This document shows, in pieces, positions 51,001 to 62,640 of a stretch of 64,000 bases of DNA. A program made the position numbers and the translations under genes. Under the pieces are notes generated by a model. That model ran no database searches. It was not told the DNA's origin and saw only the letters and a program-made list of their open reading frames with translations. The stretch's first letter is position 1. Every line of letters begins with the position of its first letter. Source of the DNA: Mobula hypostoma (Eukaryota); NCBI RefSeq assembly GCF_963921235.1, contig NC_086110.1:930001-994000 (forward strand). Reading direction: 5' to 3'.

Positions 51001-52720
51001 GCCACAGGAAACAGTTGAGGCCAGTTCATTGGCTATATTTAAGAGGGAGTTAGATATGGCCCTTGTGGCTACGGGGGTCAGGGGATATGGAGGGAAGGCT
51101 GGGGCGGGGTTCTGAGTTGGAGGATCAGCCATGGTCATAATAAATGGCGGTGCAGGCTCGAATGGCCGAATGGCCTACTCCTGCACCTATTTTCTATTTT
51201 CTATGTTTCTATGAATCCATCCTGGACACACTTATCAAACTTTGCCCCGTCCAAACCATTGGAACTAATTAGGTGCCAATCAATATGAGCGAAGTTAAAG
51301 TCATCCATGCTAACAACCCCGTTATTTTCGCACCTTTCTAAAATCTGCCTCCCAATCTGCTCCTCAGTATCTCTGCTGCTACCAGGGGGCCTATAGAATA
51401 CTCCCAATAGAGTAACTGCTCCCTTCCTGTTCCTGACTTCTACCCATACTGGCTCAAAAGAGGTTCCTGCTACATTACCCACCCTTTCTGTAGCTGTAAT
51501 AGTATCCATGACCAGTAATGCCACCCCTGCACCTCATCAACCCCATCCCTTTTAAAGCACTTAAATCCAGGAATATTGACAATCCATTCCTGTCCTGGTG
51601 AATCCAAGTCTCTCTAATGGCCACTACATCATAATTCCATGTATGTATCGAAGCTCTTAGTTCATCACATTTGTTCCTGATGCTTTTTACATAAAAAAAA
51701 CTCGCACTTAAGCCCTTCTACCTTAATACCTTTACACCCTTTATTCTGTTTCTGCTTTCTTAAAACCTCTTTATTTGTTACATCTGGCTCTACTCCATGC
51801 ATTATGTTTGCAGTTCTGGCATGACCTTTATCCTCCTCCTCCTCACTCTCTGCTCGAACGCTCTGGTTCCTCTGCCCTAGCAGATCTACTTTAAAACCCC
51901 GGAACAGCACTATCAAACTTCCCCGCAAGGATGTTCGTCCCACTCCAGTTCAGATGCGAACCATCCCGTCGGAACAGGACCCACCTTCCCTGGAACAAGA
52001 TCCAATTGTCCAGAAACATGAAGCCCTCACTCCTGCAACTCCTTGGCCACGTATTTAGCTGCATTATCTTCCTATTTCTAGCAAATCTGGAAGTCCTGTC
52101 CTTCACCTTAGCACCTAACTCCCTAAATTATCTTTGCAGGACCTCCTCCGTCTTCCTATCCACGTCATTGGTCCCTACATGGAGCACGACAGCTGGCTGC
52201 TCACCCTCCCTATTGCGAATGCTGAGAACTCGATCTGAGATATCGCGGACCCTGGCACCAGGGAGGCAACTGACTAGCCGAGATTCTCGATCTCTTCCAC
52301 AGATCCTCTTATCTGTCCCCCTGACTATGGAATCCTTTATCACTACTGCTCTCCACGTTTCCCTCCTTCCCTTCTGAGCTGCGGGTCCAGTCTCGGGCGA
52401 GAGACGTGACCACTACAAGTTGTCCCTGGTAGGTCGCCCCCACCAATGGTATCGAAAACGGTATACTTATTGTTGATGGGAACGGCCACAGGGGTGCTCT
52501 GCTCATTCTGTCTATTCCCCTTCCCTCTCATGACAGTCACCCAGCTACCTGCCTCCTGATTTTTAGGGGTGTCTATCTCCCTGTAACTCCTTTTTATTTC
52601 TGCCTCTGCCTCACGATTGATCCAAAGTTCATCCAGCTCCAGCTCCATTTCCCGTACTCGGTTTCTCAGGAGCTGCAGCTGGATTCACCTTTTACAGGTG
52701 TAGCCATCCGGGACAATTGC
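48048..52720 (-). mobile_element. Long CR1 LINE (3' UTR, ORF2 and ORF1 esterase), interrupted by a plus-strand CR1
   Basis: AACATAGAACATAG tail complement; RT and endonuclease motifs (GVFYRPP); ORF1 DSIVRG...CLPGARV...HVGTND SGNH motif at 52128-52343. Confidence 0.88.
49970..51212 (+). mobile_element. CR1 LINE with internal deletion, nested in the minus-strand CR1
   Basis: KSPGPDGLHPRVLKE...NYRPVSL; jumps from GFVKGKSC directly to DAKRMQSDLDRL at about 50315; TTCTATGTTTCTATG tail. Confidence 0.9.
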
Positions 52721-53559
52721 GACCAGCAATCTTCCAAGTCAGGGTAGTGCATGAATTGCATGTACATTTGTATATAGCAGTGCTCTTCTACTCTGATCTC
52801 TTGTGTTGCTTAGAGGTGGAAGTCACAAAGATCACAGCTTTTGGGTGTTTCTGGCAGAGTAACCTGGGCCAACAACTGCAGTGCATTTTATACGTAGTCC
52901 AAAACTGCATTAGAGGAGGGAGGAAGAAATGGTTGATAAATTGGATGAGGTTGATAACTTGGATCCTAAATGAACTTAATCATTTAGAACTATAACAATC
53001 CAATCAACTGGGGAGCATTTTATCATAATCGATCTGCATGCCCTGTTAATGGTTCGGAGGGACGTCATGTCAATAATTGAGCCATTCGTTACACAATGCT
53101 GAAAGATCATTCAGCTATGGATGTGGGTACCTGATCCAGATGATCTTCTAGTCAGTGGTGGCAATCAAGATACTGATGCTGGAGAAATAAGCGAACTCAA
53201 TAATATGGAATTACACAAGTATACAGTATAATCCACTTTATTGACATTGTTATTGCCTTCCACTTTCGAAGCACAAATGTTCCCACCCATTCAGCAGTCA
53301 ACATTTGAAAACTGCATAGCTGGCTGTATGCGTTTATCGTCTTTTTAATTTGCTGCAGAATTGTAACTGGAAGTGAAAATAGTGCAACCATCAGGGAATA
53401 TCTCTAGCTCTCACCATATGATGCAAAAAAAAGTCATTGACGGTGCTTGAAAATACTTATGCCTGGCAAAATCCGCAGAGCATCTGGTACAGCGATGTCC
53501 TCCATCGTCTGTTTAATCTCCTGCGGAATTGTAATTCACCGTTTTTTTTTACCAGCTGT

Positions 53560-54935
53560 TTCAGAATCAAAGTCTTACTTCAGTGTTTGGTAATTTGACG
53601 GAAAAGGTCCTGAGAAGGAGCATTTATAAATATTTGGAGAGGCATAATATGATTAAGAAGACTCAACATAGATTTGTCAAAGGCTGCTCGTACCTTACGA
53701 GCTTGATTGAATTTTTTGAGGATGTGACTAAACACATTGATGCAGGTAGAGCAGTAGATGCAGTGTATATGGATTTCAGCAAGGCACTTGATAAGGTAGC
53801 TCATGCAAGGCTCATTGAGAAAGTAAGGAGGCATGGGATCCAAGGGGACCTTGCTTTGTGGATACAGAATTGGCTTGCTCACACAAGGCAAAGGGTGATT
53901 GTAGATGGGTCATATTCTGCATGGAGGTAGGTGACCAGTAGTGTGTCTCAGGGATCTGTTCTGGGACCCCTACTCTTCGTGATTTTCATAAATGACCTGG
54001 ATGAGGAAGTAGAGGAATGGGTTAGTAAGTTTGCTGATGACACAAAGGTTGGAGGTTCTGTGGATAGTGTTGAGGGTCGTCAGAGGTTACAGCGGGACAT
54101 TGATAGAATGCAAAACTGTGCTGAGAAGTTGCCAATGGAGTTCAACCTACATAACTGTGAAGTGATTAACTTTGGTAGTTCAGATATGACGGCAGAATGC
54201 AGTATTAATGGTAAGACTTGGCAGTGTGGAGCATCAGAGGGATCTTGGGGTCCGAGTCCATAGGACGCGGAAAAAAAAAACTGCGCAGGTTGACTCTGTA
54301 GTTAAGAACGCGTACCGTGTATTGGCCTTCATCAATCGTGGAATTAAATTTAGGAGCCAGAGGTAATGTTGCAGCTCTACGGGTCCTGTTCAGACCCCAC
54401 TTGGAGTACTGTGCTCATTTCTGGTCGCCTCGCTACAGGAAGGATGTGGAAACCATAGAAAGTGTGCAGAGAAGACTTACAAGGATGTTGCCTGGATTGG
54501 GAGCATGCATTCTGGAAGCAGGTTGAGTGAACTCGACCTTTTCTACTTGGAGCGACGGAGGATGAGAAGTGACCTGATAGAGTTGTATAAGATGATGAGA
54601 GGCATTGATCGTATGGATAGTCAGAGGCTCTTTCCAAGCTGCCACAAGAGGGCGCAGGTTTAGGGTGCAGGGCGGTAGTTACAGAGGAGATGTCAGGGGT
54701 AAGTTTGTTTTTACGCAGAGAGTATTATGCCTGGAATGGGCTGCCGGGAACGGTGGTGAAGGCGGATACGATAGAGCCTTTTAAGAAACTTTTCGATAGG
54801 TACATGGAGCTTAGAAAAAGAGGGCTATGGGTAACCCTAGTAATTTCTAAGATGGGGACATGTTCGGCACAACTTTGTGGACAGAAGGGCAGTATTTTGC
54901 TATAGGTTTTCAATGTTTCTATGTTTCTATTAAAT
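53560..54935 (+). mobile_element. CR1 LINE 3' fragment
   Basis: YMDFSKALDKVAH, QGSVLGPLLF and FADDTKVGG motifs, followed by a tail. Confidence 0.92.
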
Positions 54936-55254
54936 ACCTTACTAAAATCCATATGCGCTACATCCATTGATCTACCTTAATCAATTGTTATTACATCCTC
55001 AAATAATTCAATCAGGTTCGTACGGCACGACCTACCTTTGACAAAGCCATGCTGACTATTTCTAATCAGATTATGTTTCTCCAAATGCCCATAACTCTTG
55101 CCTCTCCGGATCTTCTTCACAACTTGCTCATTACTGAATTAAGACTCACAGTTCTATAATCTCCTGGGTTATCTCTACTCCCTTTCGTGAAAAAGGGAAC
55201 AACGTTTACAACCCTCCAATCCTCCGATACTTCGTCCATCCATATTGATGACGC

Positions 55255-56350
55255 AAAGATCAGAAACAGAATCAGAATCAGGTTTATCATCATCGGCATG
55301 TGACGTCACACTTATTAACTTATTAGCAGCAGTTCAATGCAATACATAATCTAACAGAGTGAGAGAACAAAATAATAGGCAAAATACAACATAATGATAA
55401 ATAAACAAATAAACCATTCATGTACAGTGAAAAGATTTTTTTAATTATGCAAAAACAGAAATGCTGTATATTAAAAAAAAATTGAGGTAGTGTCCAAAGA
55501 TTCAATGTCCATTTAGGAATCGGATGGCATGGGGGGGGGGGGCGGGGGTGGTGGTGGAGAAGCTGAATCTCTGAGCGTGTGCCGTCAGGGTTCTGCACCT
55601 CCTACCTGATGGTAACAGTGAGAAAAGGGCATGCCCTGAGTGCTGGAGATTCTGAAAAATGGACTCTGCCTTTCTGAGACAACGCTCCCTGAAGATGTCC
55701 GGTGTAATTTGTAGGCTAGTACCCAAGATCGATCTGACTAGATTTACAACCCTCTGCACGTCTTTCGGTCCTGTGCAGCAGCCACCCTGCCCCTATACCA
55801 GACAGTGATACAGCCTGACAAAATGTTCTCCATGGTACAACTATAGAAGTTTTTGAGTCCATTTGTTGAAATGCCAAATCTCTTCAAACTCGTAATGAAG
55901 TATATCTGCTGTCTTGCCTACTTTATAACTACATTATTTTGTTGGGACCAGGTTAGATCCTCAGAGATCTTGACACCCAGGAGTTGAAACTGCTCACTCT
56001 CTCCACTTCTGAACCCTCTGTGAGGATTGGTATGCGTTCCTTCGTCTTACCCTTCCTGAAGTCCAGAATCTGCTCATTCATCTTACTGACGTCGAGTCGC
56101 AGGTTGTTGCTGCGGCACCACTCCACTTGTTGCCATATCTCACTCCTGGACGCCCTCTCGTCACCACCTGAGATTCTACCAACAATGGTTCTATGGTCAG
56201 CAAATTTATAGGTGGTGTTTCAGTTATGTCTAGCCACACAGTTATGTGTATACTGTATAGAGAGTAGAGCAGGGGCCTAAGTACACACTCCTGAGATGTG
56301 CCAATGTTGATCGTCAGCGAGGAGGAGATATTATCACCAATCCGCACAGA
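55255..56350 (-). mobile_element. Rex1/Babar-like LINE 3' RT fragment
   Basis: SSSLTINIGTSQECVLRPLLYSLY and HSGHALFSLLPSGRR; (TCTGA)n-like tail. Confidence 0.75.
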
Positions 56351-57399
56351 ATATGATCATCGCCAGAGACTCAGCAATCTCCTCCCTCGCTTCCCACAGT
56401 AACCTGGGGTATGCTTCGTCCGGACCCAGTGACGTGTATAACTTAATAGTTTTCAAAAGCTCCAGCACATCCATAATCTTGATGTCTATATGCTCAAGCG
56501 TTTCTGTCTGCTGTAAGTCATCCCCGCAATTGCCAAGGTCATTTTCACTGGTGAATGCTGAAGAAAATAATTTAATTATGTACCTCTGTTACCTCCTCCA
56601 ATACATGAACCTGTTGCTACTATCGCATCTGATTGGACCTATTCTCACTGCAGCGCTCCGCATTCTTGTAAAATGTCTTTGTGTTTTCCTTCATACTGGA
56701 GGCCTTCCTGCCTTCCTACATTGCACTATCCTGCCTGTCATCTCTGCCTAGCTAAGCAGTTATAAAGAAGAGAGGGAATAACTTGAGCTTTTCTTTCTCT
56801 GAGCGAAGCCTCGAAGAGCTAAAGCCTTAAAATTACCATTCTGACTATATCCACTCAGATGCCGCCGCTGCAACGCTGGGCGGTGCGCTTGCCCCTACCT
56901 CCTTAAATTTGCTCTTATCGATCAACTCCAAAAGCCGACTGGCCGCTGCTCCAACCTCTTATGCTACCTTTTATCCTCGGGCGGTGGACCTGATGGGAAT
57001 CACCTCCTCAACAAACTTTCGATGTCCGGATTGGCCGCCGGTCGTAGCTCCATTACGCAGCCACGAACCGCTTCTACCTTTTATCTTGGGCGGTGGACCT
57101 CATTGAAGTCCCCTCCTCTCTTTGCTGTCTGATGCTTTTGATAGAGGCAAGATGGGACGGTTCCTGAGGAAACGGACTGGGAGCAGTGAGTCCGAGAGTG
57201 GTAGGTTGAGTCTATGTTAAAAGAGTGTGTGAAGAGTGCCGGAGCGGTATGACGGTGTGAGTCGACACGTGGGAATGAGTGAGTGGGGGGCGCGCAGTGA
57301 GATTACATGGAGCGGGGAGTTAGTTTACCTAATGTATCTGCAGACCACACGTTAAAATTGATCTCGATCACATCGATTTGTGAAATAGGTTGCTCTTTA

Positions 57400-57597
57400 T
57401 TCAGCGACTGAAAGCAAAATCGGTTTCGAAGACAATCGCGCCGCTGCTCGCAGAAGCACAAATGAAAGTAAATTTCACCATATATTGGTCAGAAGCCGCA
57501 CTACCGTCACGGAAAGACTGACGCAGCACACCCTGTGACAGGTCAACCCAGAGAAACAGTTCGCGACCGCGCGATCCCTGTGATCACTTGTACCAGA
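57400..57597 (+). promoter_or_regulatory. Putative proximal promoter and 5' UTR of copy B
   Basis: CpG-rich; conserved with 20460-20642; shared TGAAAGTAAA, ATTGG and CGGAAAG motifs. Confidence 0.4.
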
Positions 57598-57652
57598 ATG
57601 TTGGCCAGCGTGGGACCTCACTGTCTGCATCTTTGGATGATATATTTTACGG
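57598..57652 (+). CDS. IgSF receptor copy B, exon 1 (signal peptide MLASVGPHCLHLWMIYFT-G)
   Basis: ATG, phase-1 donor G|GTAAAT, 135-nt intron leading in frame to the V exon. Confidence 0.82.
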
Positions 57653-57787
57653 GTAAATGTCTTTCCTATTCTTCAGAATGAAACAGTTATTGAATATCTC
57701 TTTATGTTTGTTCTTATTCGTCTTTACAATTGTATACACTCTTTATAATGTCTCTTACTGATTCGGAATTGCCGTTCTTTAATTTAG

Positions 57788-58108
57788 GGTTCATTGAACC
57801 ATCTGTCAACGTAACACAACTCCCTAAAATCGCCAACATCTTGAAGGGTGAAAATATTTCCTTTGACTGTTCCCTTTCCTCCTTGCCGGAGGGTCCCCGC
57901 GTTGACATATATTGGTGGAAAAATGGTGAAAATAATTATATCAACCCAGACCATGACGCCAGAGAATTGACCGGCTTCAGCACTAAATTCAGCGGCTTCC
58001 TGCAGATAGTCAACGTGCGTCCACAAGATGCGGGAGTCTATTATTGTACAATCGCCCATCAGGGCACAATAATTGGCAACGGAACTGGGTCAACTTTAGT
58101 TGTGTTGG
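57788..58108 (+). CDS. IgSF receptor copy B, V exon with germline-joined J-like strand (321 nt)
   Basis: TTTAG| acceptor; B-strand Cys (FDC), C-strand Trp (IYWWK), DAGVYYC, GTGSTLVV; donor G|GTAGGT; no stop codons. Confidence 0.93.
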
Positions 58109-58531
58109 GTAGGTGAATTAGAATCGATTCAGTTGATGCGATTGCGACTGAGAAATTGTCTTCTGTACAATGCCTCTTAAATAGAATAACAGTATTAATT
58201 GTAGCGGCACGTGTTGACTATATAAAACAAGAGTATTCAACGACATTAATTAAAATCTGGCTAATGTATTTGTACATAATCATTCATTTCAATTTAAATT
58301 CTGGAGCCATTTGATTTGCGGAAAATTAAAGTACGGCCGCCACTGATCCCACATGATCGACGATTTGCTCAGTTAGTTATCAAAAACTATTTTCCTCCAT
58401 TGCAACTTAAATTCCTGCCGTTGTTACTTTTTTTTGCCTTTTATGTTAATAACATCGAAGGCTGATATTGCCGAGAATATACAACTAACCGTAAACAACC
58501 ATTCATCTATCTATTCCACTATATTTCTTAG

Positions 58532-58834
58532 TTCCTCCAACTCCATTGAACATTTACTCCGGAGATCCAGAGAAATCGGAAGCCTTGGCTATTCTGTGCA
58601 ATACATCTCCCTTTTACCCAATGGATATCAGTCTCACCTGGTATAAAGATGGCAGCAAAATTACAACCGGTTCACCTGTTACCACCTCCACTTCGGATGG
58701 GCTATATGAAGCATCCGGCAGATTGTCAGTGACACAGGTTGTGCCAACCGGGACAGTCTACACCTGTCTGGTATCTCACGTCACCCTCCGGGTTTCTGCA
58801 CTAGCCACTTACATCGTCATCAACAACAGCACAG
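58532..58834 (+). CDS. IgSF receptor copy B, C1-set exon
   Basis: [21 protein letters not shown]...[10 protein letters not shown]...YTCLVSH; the homologous acceptor is CAA, with an in-frame TAG acceptor 9 nt upstream; donor G|GTAAGA. Confidence 0.85.
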
Positions 58835-60315
58835 GTAAGACTATGGATTTCAACTATCATAAAAAGTCGGGTATCTATAAACCAGTTTTAAACGATATCT
58901 GCAGTTAATCGTTTTCACTGGACTTCACTGTCACCGCTAATAGTTTCTTATTAAATACAAACAAAATAAGCTTTTTACAATTCCTATGGAAGCTGCCTTC
59001 TCTGGCATAAAATGCAATGAGTTTCGTGTCTTGAGAGAATTATCCTCACGATTTCTCTGATTTGTATAATATATTAAATCTATAACAAACTCGTAGTGCC
59101 GGCCGGCGATGTGGTGCCATCAGCTCCGGACCTCGAGGCCATGATCCCAGGCTGGAATCCAGCCGGAACCCCGTGCTTTCCATCCGTGTTAGGTTGAGAA
59201 CAGACAGATGCTAAAGGCGCCACAAGACGCGAAAAGGAGCAAATCTGATGCTGTTTATTGTCCAGAGGAATCAGATCGTCCTTATTTGCCAAGTAAATTC
59301 CCTCCAATAATCCGGCATGTTTAACCTTGTCGTTTACCCACAAAACATCCCATCCGTCCTCCCCAAATTCTTCCTCTGCATTTTCTTTTGTGGGGTGTAG
59401 AGTTGGAAGTACTGATAACCCCACTAATTTGCGTGCACAGAGCTTAATGGCAGCCAGTGATTTTGAAATACTGGGTACGTTATCCTTCTGTTTGTATCCT
59501 CTCCCTCTATGAAGCCAAAATATCCACAATCTTTCTGATAGTAATGAAAGGATGTTCTCCAGATACTTTATATGTACTTCTTTATACCTTTTCATCTAAA
59601 AAAGTTGTGTGGCTCAAATTGCAATTCCCGTGACTGAATTCATTTCTTCAGTTTACCTCCAGTCTCCTTTCCTCCTGTTCTGTTTTTAATTAAATGAACT
59701 TCGTTGCAACAATGCCACCATTGTTTCCGCTTTCCCGTCACAATGGCGAAATGTAGCTCACTTCCAGAGAAATGCTGTTCCCAGTAGTCTGCTAACAAGT
59801 GTCGCTTTACCGTTCCGCTTTGATTGTCAAGTGAATCAGAACGGGGTATTGAAAGTATACACAGGCCAGTGTCCATCCCAAGCCGAAACACAACTCCTCA
59901 TTCCCTGCATCTGGCATGGCATACTGCATACCGGAAGAGTGCAAACATATTGAAAGTTCCATTCAACAAGGCACAAAACTATACGTATTTAAATACAAAC
60001 TTCCCGAGAGGATGAAGAGCCTTATAGCTCGCTGAAAGTAGCAGTCTCATAAAGTGACACCTGAAAGCAATGTATGTTTTGACAAACGTTTTTAAACATC
60101 ATTAATCAATTGGAGAGACCGATGCATATATATATTTTTTTTTTTCCGGATTGAATTTACGAAATCCAATGTCTATCTGTCTACTACGTTTTTACTTTAC
60201 AGAAATTAAAGCAGTGGCTAAATTTCAGATGTTATATCAGTTTCAAATACAAAGGGATTTATTAGTATGAACTCCTACAATTTTCATTTGTATCCAACAT
60301 ATTTCAATTTTCCAG

Positions 60316-60426
60316 GAGCTAGTATTATCCGTGATGTCATGACCTCCATATGTGCATTGAGCGGTTTGGTGTCTATATTGCTGGTCTTTCTCATTGCGAA
60401 GCGATGCATTACAAGGAAAAATAAAG
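60316..60426 (+). CDS. IgSF receptor copy B, transmembrane exon (111 nt, phase 1-1)
   Basis: TTTCCAG| then (G)ASIIRDVMTSICALSGLVSILLVFLIAKRCITRKNK; donor G|GTAAGA; hydrophobic stretch followed by a basic stop-transfer sequence. Confidence 0.82.
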
Positions 60427-61084
60427 GTAAGAATGTGAATTAGCTGAACATGCAGGGGAAGGTGGGGAAAGAAAGAGTGAGAGAGAAGTTTTATCTATTC
60501 CTTAAGCATTGCAGTAGGTTACAACTGATTACATCGTACATGTCGGCACGCAAGCGCGGGCCACGATTTATGCTCCTCTAGTGTAAATCACCGTGACTCC
60601 ATACTCTCAATATGATTTTGGCACAGTTCATTTTCATCTTCCTTTGGGATTTTCTTCCTCGTTTTCTTAATCCCTCCACACCTACCGGGGCATTGACCGT
60701 CGACAGCAGCTCGCCCATGTCCAACAATCCGTTCATGTTCGGCTTCTCGCAATGACACTGTCATCCAACAAAACTTATCCCATTCATCCGTCCAAAAACT
60801 CTCTCTGCATTGTTTGGGAAGAACTAATATCCCAACTAACTTGTGTGTACAAAGGTTAATGGGGGGGGGGGGCAGGGATTTTGAAATATCTGTACGTTAT
60901 CCTTCTATTTCTACCCACTCCCTCTATCCTGGGCTGATAGAAGGTTGGTCGCCCTTGTGCTTTTGTTTTCACCAGACGACTTCATACGACTTCTGGGCGA
61001 AGATCTTTCCTCCCGCGGGGGTCAGGTCTTCGGAGATTCTGTTGATTTTTCAGCAGCACTGCCTGACTGGATGGGATTGCTAGC

Positions 61085-62640
61085 TAGTGGGTGCGGTGTA
61101 TATGGATTTTAGTCAGGCATTTGGCAAGCTTTCTCATGCTAGGCTCATTCAGAAAATCAAGACGCAAGGTAATGAGGGAAAGTCGGTTCAGAATTGACTG
61201 GCTGATAGAAGGCAGGGAGCGGTAGCAGGCAGGGTGTGTTCTGCCTGCAGGACGGCAACCAGCCGTGTTCCACTGGGATCTGTTCTGGGGTCCCTATTCT
61301 TTGGGAATTTTATAAATGGCTTGAACGAGGAAGTGGGAGAATGAGGAAGTGGGAGAGTGAGTAAGCTTGCAGATCGCACGGAGATTGGAGGTGGTGTGGA
61401 TCGTGTAGGAGTTTGCCGGATGTTTCAATGGGACATTGATAGGATGCAGAGCTGGGCTCTGAAGCGACAAATGAATTACAACACGGAAAAGTGTGAAGTA
61501 GTTCACCGTCGACGGCTGAACCTGAAGGCATGTTGCAAGGGAGCAATAACAGAGTAGAATTAGAACAGAGAACATATAAATTTACAGCACATTACAAGCC
61601 CTTCGGTTGTGCCGACAACGTAACCTACCGTAGAGATTGCCTAGAATTTCTCTAGCGCATAGTCCTCTATTTTTCTAAGTTCCATGTACGTACCTAACAG
61701 GCTGTTAAAAAGCCCTATTGTATCCGCCTCCACAGGCCGCCAGCAGTGCCTTCCACGCACCTACGACTGTCTCTGTGAAAACCATATCCCTTACAGCCCC
61801 TCGATACCTATTTCCAAGCACATTAAAACAATGCCCCGTCGTGTTAGCCTTTCAGCAATGGTAAAAGCTTCTGACTATCCACACGATTAATGCCCCTCAT
61901 CACCTCATACACCTCTATCAGGTCACCTCTCATCCTCGACCGAACAGAGGTATCTTGGGTCGATGTTCATTGATCTCTCACATTTGCAGTGCCTGCCGAT
62001 TGAGTGGGTAAAAAAGTAATAACTTTCATTAATTGGGGGACTGAAGTCAATAGCCGCGATCTAACACTGCAGCACGATAAAACTCTGATTAGACCACACT
62101 GTGAATATTCTGTTTACTTCTGGTCGCTTCATTATTGAAAACATGTGGTAGATTTAGATAAGGTGTCAGAGAGATTTACCGAAATGTTGCCTGGATGACA
62201 GAGCATGGCTGATGAGGGCACGTTAAGCGAGCTAGGAAGTTCCTCTTTGGAGCGAAGTAGCGTGGGAGATTATGTGATAAAGATCTACAAAATAATAAGA
62301 GGCATATATAGAGAGGACAGGCGGAGACTAATTTTCCTGGGCAGAAATGGCTAATAACAGGGGGGATAATTTTAAGGCCATTGGAAGAAAGAATAGATGA
62401 GATGTCAGGAAGGTAAAAATTCTTATACAAAAGAGAATGGAAAGTGCGTGGGACGCGCTGCCAGGGTTGGTGGTAGAAGCAAATTATTAGAGGTATTTAA
62501 GAGAGAGACTTTGAAATAGGCACATGTATGAAGAAATGACAGAGAGTATGTGGGAGAATATGTTGGAATAGTGCACATTGTCGGCACAAAGGGAATGTGC
62601 CGAAGAGACAGTATCGTGCTGTATTGTTCTATAACGGGCG
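61085..62640. mobile_element. Mosaic of short decayed CR1 fragments in both orientations
   Basis: KLADRTEIGGG...DIDRMQSWA and other RT and 3' UTR remnants. Confidence 0.7.

Noticed and set aside
57788-58834. Rearranged or germline-joined Ig light chain or TCR gene
   Set aside because: No RSS, no FGxG/WGxG, no WYQQ-type motif; a separate TM exon lacks the TCR CART motif; the leader intron is retained, so it is not a retrocopy.
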